Shown here in pieces: positions 9,051 to 17,479 of a stretch of DNA of 32,000 nucleotides. Under the pieces are notes generated by a model. It made no database searches and was not told where the DNA came from. It saw nothing but the letters and a program-made list of their open reading frames with translations. Position numbers and translations under genes: made by a program. How positions within the stretch are numbered: the first letter of the stretch is position 1; each line of letters opens with the position of its first letter. This DNA is from Candidatus Fokinia solitaria (GTDB lineage: Bacteria > Pseudomonadota > Alphaproteobacteria > Rickettsiales > Midichloriaceae), in assembly GCF_003072485.1 (NCBI RefSeq), contig NZ_CP025989.1, positions 805,349 through 837,348 of the forward strand, given 5' to 3'.

Positions 9051-10148
9051 ATGAAAGCAATTAGAAGAAGCATTACGCTTTACTTTATATTGTCAATTTC
9101 GTCGATAATGACTGCGTTTAATGCAGCACACTCTCAGCCACCTATCACTACCAAAATAGCCCAAAGTATAGAGAAAAAATTGACTGAATATGTCAAGACT
9201 AATAGAGAACTTGGATATAGTATGAATATCTCAACAGATTTTGACAAAAAGATGAATAACCTTCAGATTGATGGTCTTGATCTTAGTAATAGTAACATTG
9301 ACAGTATCGACTTTTCGAACAGTACCTTCAAAAAGGTGAATTTCTTCGGTTCATTCAGCGATAAAGCAAATTATTCGAATTCAAAGTTTTTCGATGTCAA
9401 TTTCTCTCAAGCTAGTTTGTTTAATACAAATTTTAGCAATGCTGAATTTCATAATTGCATTTTCGATCGCACTTTCTTGAAAAATGCAAATTTTAGCGGT
9501 GCTAAGTTTTATGATAGCATAATATCAAGCAGTAACATGAGAAATGTTATAATGGATCAATTCACTGCTACTTCTACAAGATTTCAAGATATAAAATTTG
9601 AAGATGCGCAGATAACAAATTCAAATTTTCAGACGTGCTTCTTCGAAAAGCTTTTTCTTCCAAAGGTACTTTTTACTAACGTTGCAATCAAAGGAGGTAA
9701 AATAGAAAAAGCACTCTTTGCATCTTCCGATGTTCAAAATGTCGTTTTTTCAAACGTCGCACTCTCAAATGTAAAATTTAACTCTTCTAAACTATCATCT
9801 ACAACATTCGCTTCTGCAAATCTGACATTACTTCAAATTAAAGATTCTTCAAGCTCAGATCTATCCGTAAACAGTTCTTCATTAGTTGGGTGCATTATCA
9901 CAAATTCTAAATTACTAAATCCAAAATTCGCATTATCCGAACTATCAGATATATCGGTAAAAGACTCGCAAATGCAACAAACTCAGATTATTTCCTCTAT
10001 TATGAAGGAGTTTATAATGAACAGTTCTTCCGTAATTTGCTCTACATGCACTAATAACTATATTTCTGCGCAAACTCATGCAAGTACAATTACGTGTGAT
10101 GGTAACGGTAATTCTATCAATCTCACCAAAATTACAAGCGTAAATTAA
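9051..10148 (+). CDS. Secreted/exported pentapeptide-repeat-like protein
   Basis: From ATG 9051: signal peptide-like MKAIRRSITLYFILSISSIMTAFNAAHSQ, then repeated A/S-N-F/L-x-x like pentads (LDLSNSNIDSIDFSNSTFKKVNFFGS...NYSNSKFFDVNFSQASLFNTNFSNAEF). The track start at 8988 adds 21 aa that are probably not coding. Confidence 0.8.
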   Translation: MKAIRRSITLYFILSISSIMTAFNAAHSQPPITTKIAQSIEKKLTEYVKTNRELGYSMNISTDFDKKMNNLQIDGLDLSNSNIDSIDFSNSTFKKVNFFGSFSDKANYSNSKFFDVNFSQASLFNTNFSNAEFHNCIFDRTFLKNANFSGAKFYDSIISSSNMRNVIMDQFTATSTRFQDIKFEDAQITNSNFQTCFFEKLFLPKVLFTNVAIKGGKIEKALFASSDVQNVVFSNVALSNVKFNSSKLSSTTFASANLTLLQIKDSSSSDLSVNSSSLVGCIITNSKLLNPKFALSELSDISVKDSQMQQTQIISSIMKEFIMNSSSVICSTCTNNYISAQTHASTITCDGNGNSINLTKITSVN

Positions 10149-10218
10149 TAATTTTTCTTTACAATCATGATCGTTTTTGTATTCTAGCATCGTATTTAAA
10201 TTTAAGTGTTGCGAAGAA

Positions 10219-11013
10219 ATGGCCGGTTCAATGAATAAGGTAATTTTTGTTGGAAGAGTATTAGAAGAACCAAAATTGACTGATAGAGGCGATAGTACTT
10301 TTGCATCATTTCCTCTCTTAACATCCGAGTGTTGGCGAGATAAAAGCACCAACGAAATGAAAGAAAAGAGTGAAGAGCATAAAATCGTAATATTTAACGA
10401 GAAAGGGTTAGAAGCAGTACGAAATTCCGTCAGAAAGGATCACAACGTCTTTCTTGAAGGGCAACTTCAAACAAGAAAGCTAAGCGAAGAAGTAAATGGT
10501 ATTGTGGTAGAAAAATATATGACAGAAATAGTACTTCCAAAGTTCAAAAGTGAGCTGATCGATTTAGGCGCAAGCGCAAGCAACATAGAGTACATGAATA
10601 AAGTGTTATTGGTAGGAAATATCGGTAAGGATCCGGAGATTCGTACATCGCAGGACAAAGATGGTATAAAGGAAGTAAAAATTGCATCATTTCCTATTGC
10701 TACATCAGAGATTTGGAGAGATAAAAGCACTAATGAGATTCGAGAAAAAACTGAGTGGCATAGAGTAGTCGTGTTCAATGAGCGTTTGATAGATGTTGTG
10801 GAAAAATACGTACGCAAAGGACGTAAAATAGCAATTGAAGGGCATATACAAAACAGAAGATGGCTTGACTCTTCTAACGCTGAGAGAAACGTCACAGAAG
10901 TCGTATTACCTAGATTCCGCGGAGAACTCATTCTACTAAGTAGTACTGATTCTATGTCTATGGACAAAAGAGAACATTTTCATGACGAAGGTAGTGATGA
11001 AGTGCCATTTTAG
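10219..11013 (+). CDS. ssb: Single-stranded DNA-binding protein with two tandem OB-fold domains
   Basis: Two successive SSB-like domains: MNKVIFVGRVLEEPKL...SFPLLTSECWRDKSTNEMKEKSEEHKIVIFNE (from 10231) and MNKVLLVGNIGKDPEI...SFPIATSEIWRDKSTNEIREKTEWHRVVVFNE (from 10594); acidic C-terminal tip DEGSDEVPF. Start may be 10219 or 10231. Confidence 0.88.
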   Translation: MAGSMNKVIFVGRVLEEPKLTDRGDSTFASFPLLTSECWRDKSTNEMKEKSEEHKIVIFNEKGLEAVRNSVRKDHNVFLEGQLQTRKLSEEVNGIVVEKYMTEIVLPKFKSELIDLGASASNIEYMNKVLLVGNIGKDPEIRTSQDKDGIKEVKIASFPIATSEIWRDKSTNEIREKTEWHRVVVFNERLIDVVEKYVRKGRKIAIEGHIQNRRWLDSSNAERNVTEVVLPRFRGELILLSSTDSMSMDKREHFHDEGSDEVPF

Positions 11014-11028
11014 CACTGACTACTTGCA

Positions 11029-12360
11029 ATGAAGGTATACGTCTCTCTTGGCTCTAACATCGGATGTAGAATATCCAATATCAGGAAAGCGTTAGATGAA
11101 TTAAAACAATTAGGGCTATCGGACATAAAACATACTTGTTGTATAGAAACTTCGCCTATACTTTTACCGAATAGCCCTTCTGAATGGAAGAACACCCCTT
11201 ACCTTAATGCAGTCGCTTCATTTACAACTGATATCACACTTACACAACTTCTGAAGCAATTTCAAAAAATAGAAAAAAAACTCGGTAGAACAGAAAAAAA
11301 ATTAAAATGGGCACCAAGAATCATCGATATTGATATATTACTCACCACGCCTCATACAGTAAGTAGCACACCATTTCTCACCTTACCTCATCCGGAAATT
11401 TTAAATCGACCGTTTTTAATACATTTACTTGCCATTCTAGAGCCTACATTAGTCTTTTCTGATAATTTCTCACATACAACTAAAACATTTGTAGAGATTG
11501 CGCACTCTATTAATGCCGTACAAAATCTCGGCAATTACAGGAGCTTCACTATATATCCGGAAATTGTAGGAATACTAAATGTCACAAAAGACTCATTCTC
11601 CGACGGAGGATTATACAATACTGCAGAAAAAGCTGTATCGCACTTCGCTTCTCTCGAAAATGCTGGCGCTTCTATAATTGATATAGGGGCAGAATCTACT
11701 AGACCAGGAGCGGTAAAATTATCATCTGAAGAAGAATATACGCAATTAGATATCACGCTATCTGCAATCAGCAATGCAAGTAGCAGCGTCAAAATAAGCA
11801 TTGATAGCTACAATTTCGATGTAATAGAACGCATTTTGCAAAAATATTCCAACACTATTTCCTACATTAATCTTGTGCAATGGCACTTTCAGCCACATGA
11901 AATACGCGCATTAGCGCAGTATAAAACGAAATTTATCGTAATGCATTCAATATCCGTACCTCCGTCATATACTGCTGTTCTACCTGTAAATACCGATGTT
12001 GTACAATCTATTGCAAAATGGAGTGAATTTGTTGTGAATAGCGCGGTAACAAACGGCATTGCAGCTTCTGATTTGATTTTAGACGTTGGAATAGGATTCG
12101 GCAAAACGCATTATCAGAATCTTGAATTACTGAGGAAATTAAGAAACTTCAGAGATGCTATCGCGGAAGACTGTGCTATTCTCATAGGACACTCACGCAA
12201 ATCGTATATCAATGCTATTTCGTCTCAGCTTCCTATCAACAGGGATCTTGAAACTGCTATAATATCAGCCTCCATAGCGCAGTACGTTGACTACTTGAGA
12301 GTGCATAATGTCACTGATACGCATCGCGCATGCGTCACACGCGACATGATCACTCGCTAA
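11029..12360 (+). CDS. Bifunctional HPPK-DHPS: hydroxymethyldihydropteridine pyrophosphokinase / dihydropteroate synthase fusion
   Basis: N-terminal HPPK: VYVSLGSNIG, YLNAVASF, RIIDIDILL, LPHPEILNRPFL. C-terminal DHPS: EIVGILNVTKDSFSDGG, IIDIGAESTRPGA, ISIDSYNF, LDVGIGFGKT, IGHSRKSYI. Confidence 0.93.
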   Translation: MKVYVSLGSNIGCRISNIRKALDELKQLGLSDIKHTCCIETSPILLPNSPSEWKNTPYLNAVASFTTDITLTQLLKQFQKIEKKLGRTEKKLKWAPRIIDIDILLTTPHTVSSTPFLTLPHPEILNRPFLIHLLAILEPTLVFSDNFSHTTKTFVEIAHSINAVQNLGNYRSFTIYPEIVGILNVTKDSFSDGGLYNTAEKAVSHFASLENAGASIIDIGAESTRPGAVKLSSEEEYTQLDITLSAISNASSSVKISIDSYNFDVIERILQKYSNTISYINLVQWHFQPHEIRALAQYKTKFIVMHSISVPPSYTAVLPVNTDVVQSIAKWSEFVVNSAVTNGIAASDLILDVGIGFGKTHYQNLELLRKLRNFRDAIAEDCAILIGHSRKSYINAISSQLPINRDLETAIISASIAQYVDYLRVHNVTDTHRACVTRDMITR

Positions 12361-12826
12361 CAGTGATGTTTATGATGTCAGAAATGACATGGTTATAATC
12401 TCGAATGAATTTTTCGTAAGCACAACGTTTAAAAGACACTACATCTTCTATAACAGACTTTACACTGCACCACCTCCAAGCAGAAAATTCTACTGGCTCT
12501 TTTAGTATATCAATTTCTTCATCAGTACCATAAAATCTAAGTACAAACCATCTTTGCTTTTGTCCAACATAACATCCGTTCCATACTTTTTCTCTTACTT
12601 CTTTTGGAAAATCATACTGATACCACACATCATTATTACCTATCATCTCCACATTCTTAATCCCCGTCTCTTCATATACCTCTCTAAGTACTGCCTCTTC
12701 CGGGTTTTCGTTCTCTTCTATCCCTCCTTGCGGCAATTGCCATCCATTTATATTGTCAATTCTCTTTCCCTGCCATACTCCAATATTGCTCTTTACTATT
12801 ATAGCACCAACACCGAGTCTGTACAT
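12350..12826 (-). CDS. rppH: RNA pyrophosphohydrolase (Nudix)
   Basis: 158 aa; YRLGVGAIIV, GWQLPQGGIEENENPEEAVLREVYEETGI (Nudix box), KQRWFVLRF. Confidence 0.92.
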   Translation of the reverse strand: MYRLGVGAIIVKSNIGVWQGKRIDNINGWQLPQGGIEENENPEEAVLREVYEETGIKNVEMIGNNDVWYQYDFPKEVREKVWNGCYVGQKQRWFVLRFYGTDEEIDILKEPVEFSAWRWCSVKSVIEDVVSFKRCAYEKFIRDYNHVISDIINITVSE

Positions 12827-12874
12827 TTAAACTTTAACTCTATATAAATATCAACGATACTTAAGAAGTAACGT

Positions 12875-13285
12875 ATGTACAATCACTATTTTAAAGGGCA
12901 AGCGCCATCGAACAGACAAGCAATGCTTGCCAAAGCAATACGAAATGAAATAGCACTTTTGGCAGTACGTGGAGAACTGCTAGAATATGGAATATCTGGA
13001 GAGGAAGTTACAATTACCGGCAGTAACATCAGCAGAGATCTAAAAAACGCGAGTGTTTTTGTACACATCAATAATTTCCTGAATTCTAAAGATAGTAAGG
13101 AAAATGGCAATTCTGCACCTTACGATTTATTGCTGAAAAATTTTGAAAATGCGAAGCATTTCATACGCTCAAAAATATGCGCAGCAATGAGTATGCGCTA
13201 TGTACCTCAATTATATTTTAAGAGAGATCATTCTATCGATGCATTGCACGAGATTGATGTGGTAATACGTTCATTATCAAATTGA
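12875..13285 (+). CDS. rbfA: 30S ribosome-binding factor A
   Basis: 136 aa; SNRQAMLAKAIRNEIALL, ITGSNISRDLKNASVFVHI, MSMRYVPQLYFKRDHSID. Confidence 0.85.
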   Translation: MYNHYFKGQAPSNRQAMLAKAIRNEIALLAVRGELLEYGISGEEVTITGSNISRDLKNASVFVHINNFLNSKDSKENGNSAPYDLLLKNFENAKHFIRSKICAAMSMRYVPQLYFKRDHSIDALHEIDVVIRSLSN

Positions 13286-13287
13286 TC

Positions 13288-13869
13288 ATGACTTTAGTAC
13301 TTGCTTCCTCATCTCCATTCAGAATCGCTTTACTGAAACAAATGGGATATATACCTGATATAGTGGATTCCCCTGACATAGATGAAACAGGATTCAAAGG
13401 AGAAAAGCCGCTAAAACTAGCTACGAGACTCGCATCACAAAAAGCATCAATTGTCTTTGAAAGACATAGTAATTGTATTGTGCTAGGCGCTGATACCGTC
13501 ACTACCGTTGGAGGTCGCATTTTACCAAAAGCTTTAACCCAAGAAGAAGCAGTTTTATGCATGAATGCGTGGTCGGGAAAAAGAGTTAAAGTCTATACTG
13601 GTGTTTGTTGTATAAAAGCAGGTATAAAAAGAGAGAAAAATTCATGCACTACTCTAAAATTCAAGCCGTTATCTATGCGAGAGAAAAATGCTTACTTAGC
13701 TTCTAGAGAATGGTACGGAAAAGCTGGAGGATATGGTATTCAAGGAATAGCAGCAAGTTTTATATCTTGGAGTAGCGGTAGTACGTACACAAATGTTGCA
13801 GGCTTACCACTTTACGAGACGTATTGTCTATTATCGTCATTTGGCGTTTTCCCTAATTATAATATATAA
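13288..13869 (+). CDS. maf: Maf-family nucleoside triphosphate pyrophosphatase
   Basis: LVLASSSPFRIALLKQMG, DIDE, LGADTVTTVGGRILPKA, KAGGYGIQGIAASFI. ATG at 13288; the tracked start 13282 is TTG. Confidence 0.9.
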   Translation: MTLVLASSSPFRIALLKQMGYIPDIVDSPDIDETGFKGEKPLKLATRLASQKASIVFERHSNCIVLGADTVTTVGGRILPKALTQEEAVLCMNAWSGKRVKVYTGVCCIKAGIKREKNSCTTLKFKPLSMREKNAYLASREWYGKAGGYGIQGIAASFISWSSGSTYTNVAGLPLYETYCLLSSFGVFPNYNI

Positions 13870-13876
13870 ATGCAAA

Positions 13877-14404
13877 ATGCAGTATAATGCTATTTTCAAG
13901 CTCAGATCAGAGGAAATAATTTTCAACATTCTCTCGGCAGCACTATTGAGTATGAATTATGAAATAGTCCGCATTAGAATAGGAAATAATACGCATGTAG
14001 AAATACTGGTAGAGAGAGTGACAGGAGAAGCGATATCGATAGATGAAACTGCTGAAATAGCAAGATATATAAAGCCGCTACTATACCAAGGAAACGCAAT
14101 ATTACTACATGAACAAAACTTTTCTCCTGCAAATTATAGCTACGATGTTAGCTCATGCGGAGTAGAAAAACCTCTCACGAGAGAAAAAGATTTATTACGC
14201 GCTATTGGTAAAAGAGTAAGCGTGAAGCTCTATCGAAGTATCATCGATCAAAACAGATCAAAATTGAAAAAATTGGAAGGAGAGCTTTTAAAACTTACCG
14301 ATACAGCAATAACAATACAGTACAATTCTGCAGAAATTAACGTACCATTTGACAATATATCAGACATTATACTGGTATATATCCCATGGAAAACAAAGAA
14401 GTAA
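13877..14404 (+). CDS. rimP: Ribosome maturation factor RimP
   Basis: From ATG 13877: EIVRIRIGNNTHVEILVER, ISIDETAEIARYIKPLL, VSSCGVEKPLTREKDLLRAIGKRVSVKLY. Divergent but motif order matches RimP. Confidence 0.85.
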   Translation: MQYNAIFKLRSEEIIFNILSAALLSMNYEIVRIRIGNNTHVEILVERVTGEAISIDETAEIARYIKPLLYQGNAILLHEQNFSPANYSYDVSSCGVEKPLTREKDLLRAIGKRVSVKLYRSIIDQNRSKLKKLEGELLKLTDTAITIQYNSAEINVPFDNISDIILVYIPWKTKK

Positions 14405-14566
14405 CGTAATACACATCATTGATTTGATCGCGCGTATCATTGATTATGCACGCCTCGCGTAGTACAATGACGTCAGATTATATGCCGCTATTTGTGAGAT
14501 AATAAATGTTCTTGTCTGATAAATAATCAGCTTCAACGCTTAATACGTAAAGAGTTATACTTAAAG

Positions 14567-17260
14567 ATGATAAGAAAATTTTACGAATCTTCCGTTTCAT
14601 GTTCTCTGAGTCAATCTACAGAAAAGCACTTGTTAACTGAAGAACGTTTTTTATTAGGTGGAAAAGGGCAAAAATTGTACGAAATGCATAAATTAGGCAT
14701 TAAAGTACCATATGGATTCACAATTACAACTGAAGTATATAAGAAATATGCTCAAAATTTCGCCGACATCGATTTTGAATTACCTCATACAGTAAAAACT
14801 AATCTTGTAGAGGCAGTAAATGAATTAAGTGCATTTTGTAATAAACCTTTCGCGCAATCATCTCATACTCCATTATTGCTATCAGTACGTTCAGGCGCAC
14901 CTTTTTCAATGCCTGGTATGATGGAGACAGTGCTAAATGTAGGATTAAATGATGAAACAGTAGAAAGTTATGTAAAGCAATACGGAGAATCTGTTTTTAT
15001 ATATGATACTTATAAGAGATTACTTGAAATGTATGGTAACGTTGTACTAAACATACCAAGAAATGCTTTCGAGGATTTAAATCATTCTCGTCTATCAAAA
15101 CATCCTTCTAAGATAGAAGCTTTGAAATTCATCATAGAAGATTATAAAAAATTGTATAAAACAGAAAGAGGATTTGAATTTCCACAAGATTGTTGGACGC
15201 AGTTATTTTCCTCTGTAGAGGCAGTTTTTCGCTCTTGGAATAACGATAGAGCATGCCATTATAGAAATATACATCACATACCGCATGATATCGGTACAGC
15301 GGTAAACATCCAAATGATGGTATTCGGTAATTTTAATAGCAAAAGTTATACAGGAGTAGTGTTTTCTAGAAATCCGTCTACTGGAGAAAATGCACTTTTC
15401 GGAGAATATCTAGAAAATGCACAAGGAGAAGATGTAGTATCAGGATACTATAATGCATGCCCTCTTACATCTTCATCAAAGCGCAGTAATGAACAGCTAT
15501 CTTTTGAAGAAAGAGAATCCAAGCTGTTTCAAGAATTGGAGGAGATTTGTAAGAAACTTGATTGTCATTATAATGATATGCAGGATATAGAATTTACCGT
15601 AGAAAATGGAGTACTTTGGATTTTACAAACACGTAATGGAAAACGCTCCAGTAATGCCGCAATTAAAATAGCTTCTCAAACAATAAGAAGCTGTAATTCT
15701 GACAGTACAACAATAAGCATTTTAAATAAGCTAACAGTAGAAGATCTTCAGAACGTAATGCATCCTGTAATCGATGATGAAAAACATAATTTCGAAATTC
15801 TTTCCAAAGGCCTGCCAGCTTCTCCAGGTGTTGCTTCCGGTGTTATAGCATTTTCTACAAAACAAGCGGAAGTACTAAGCAAGCATGGAAATGTTATCTT
15901 AGTCAGAAAACAAACTTCTCCTGATGATATATTAGGCATGAATGTTTCTGCTGGTATTTTAACAGCTAAAGGAGGCATGACTTCTCATGCTGCAGTTGTA
16001 GCACGTGGCATGGGTAAGCCGTGTGTATGTGCAGCTGATTTCACCATCATAGAAGAAGATAAAAAAGTGGTATTCGGCGAGCAAATATTATTCGAGGGTA
16101 GTGAGATCACAATAAACGGTACTACAGGTGATGTTATTAAAGGTGTAGTGAAAACTATCGCGCCTAAATTAGACGATGATTTTTGGTACATACTCGCACT
16201 GGCGAATAAGATCAAAACCACAGGTGTATATGCTAATGCAGAAACAGAAGACGATATTAAAACTGCAATTCACTTCGGCGCTGAAGGAATAGGATTATGC
16301 AGAACAGAACACATGTTTTTTGGCGAAGAAAGAATTCCTATCGTACAAAGCGTCATTCTCGAAAAAGATATCACTCTCAGAAAACAGCATTTGCAAAAGT
16401 TAATAGAATGCCAAAAAGATGATTTTCTTCTCATAATGAGTTTAATGAATGGTAATAAAGTGACAATCAGATTATTAGATCCACCAATACACGAATTCTT
16501 ACCTCACTCAGAAGCGGAAAAAAATGCATTTCTCGCTTATAATGCTCATAAGTATTCTGCAATAGAATTAGATGCTATAGTAGAAAATACACGTGAGAAT
16601 AATCCTATGATGGGTAATCGTGGCTGCAGACTCGGCATCACATACCCCGACATATATGTATCGCAAATCATCGCCATTTGTAGCGCAATTAAAAGCGCTG
16701 TACAGCGTAACATATTTCCTAATATTGGAATAATGGTGCCATTTGTGTTTGATGAAAAAGAATTGATGGTGATTTTTCAGATGATTCGCGCACAAATAAG
16801 TGAAATATTACACGATGTTGAACATAGCGCTTATGCAATAAAATTAGGTGCAATGATAGAGTTACCAAGAGCAGCTATTATCGCTGATAGAATAGCACGA
16901 ATATCCGATTTTATTAGTTTTGGTACTAATGATCTGACTCAAATGACATATGGTATGTCACGAGATGATTCTTCTAAATTTGAAGAATCTTATATAGAAA
17001 ATGGTGTTTTCTCAGATAGTCCATTTAATAAATTCGATATCGAAGGAGTAGGTGAATTGATGAGAATAGCAATAAAAAAGGTGCGCGTGGCAAATCCTAA
17101 TATCGTTGTAAGTGTATGCGGTGAACATTGCGCTGAAAAAGAAGCGGTGAATTTTTTCCTTGGATTAGGAGTAGACTACTTATCGTGCTCACCTCATAGA
17201 ATACCAATTACAAAGCTGCTATCGGCGCAATATTGTAGTACAAAAGAACAACATCAATAA
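14567..17260 (+). CDS. ppdK: Pyruvate, phosphate dikinase
   Basis: 897 aa; LSVRSGAPFSMPGMMETVLNVGLND, ILTAKGGMTSHAAVVARGMGKPCV (catalytic His domain), EGIGLCRTEHMFF, MMGNRGCRLG, FGTNDLTQMTYG, VCGEHCAE. Confidence 0.97.
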   Translation: MIRKFYESSVSCSLSQSTEKHLLTEERFLLGGKGQKLYEMHKLGIKVPYGFTITTEVYKKYAQNFADIDFELPHTVKTNLVEAVNELSAFCNKPFAQSSHTPLLLSVRSGAPFSMPGMMETVLNVGLNDETVESYVKQYGESVFIYDTYKRLLEMYGNVVLNIPRNAFEDLNHSRLSKHPSKIEALKFIIEDYKKLYKTERGFEFPQDCWTQLFSSVEAVFRSWNNDRACHYRNIHHIPHDIGTAVNIQMMVFGNFNSKSYTGVVFSRNPSTGENALFGEYLENAQGEDVVSGYYNACPLTSSSKRSNEQLSFEERESKLFQELEEICKKLDCHYNDMQDIEFTVENGVLWILQTRNGKRSSNAAIKIASQTIRSCNSDSTTISILNKLTVEDLQNVMHPVIDDEKHNFEILSKGLPASPGVASGVIAFSTKQAEVLSKHGNVILVRKQTSPDDILGMNVSAGILTAKGGMTSHAAVVARGMGKPCVCAADFTIIEEDKKVVFGEQILFEGSEITINGTTGDVIKGVVKTIAPKLDDDFWYILALANKIKTTGVYANAETEDDIKTAIHFGAEGIGLCRTEHMFFGEERIPIVQSVILEKDITLRKQHLQKLIECQKDDFLLIMSLMNGNKVTIRLLDPPIHEFLPHSEAEKNAFLAYNAHKYSAIELDAIVENTRENNPMMGNRGCRLGITYPDIYVSQIIAICSAIKSAVQRNIFPNIGIMVPFVFDEKELMVIFQMIRAQISEILHDVEHSAYAIKLGAMIELPRAAIIADRIARISDFISFGTNDLTQMTYGMSRDDSSKFEESYIENGVFSDSPFNKFDIEGVGELMRIAIKKVRVANPNIVVSVCGEHCAEKEAVNFFLGLGVDYLSCSPHRIPITKLLSAQYCSTKEQHQ

Positions 17261-17479
17261 ATCAGTATGCGCTAAGAGAATGTGTTAAAGCACAGTAACG
17301 TCAAAAAGAAAGCTAATATACCAGCGAAATGCATTCTTAAGCAAGTAAAACTCACAGCACTCTTGAGGTATCTTTTTCTCACCATTGGCGCTTTCTAAGT
17401 GTTTTTACTTCGTAATTACTTTATCAGATCTTTCTTTTACAAATCCTTGATGAGAAAAAAAACTGATAGATTGAGCACA

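Noticed and set aside
9945-10352. Minus-strand 135 aa ORF spanning the pentapeptide protein / ssb junction
   Set aside because: Overlaps two supported plus-strand genes and has no recognisable domain.
13233-13562. Minus-strand 109 aa ORF
   Set aside because: Antisense to rbfA end and maf, no motif support.
17261-17479. Intergenic region between ppdK and rnj checked for tRNA or small RNA
   Set aside because: No cloverleaf and no convincing terminator hairpin found by eye; a tRNAscan-SE/Infernal run would be needed to exclude fully.
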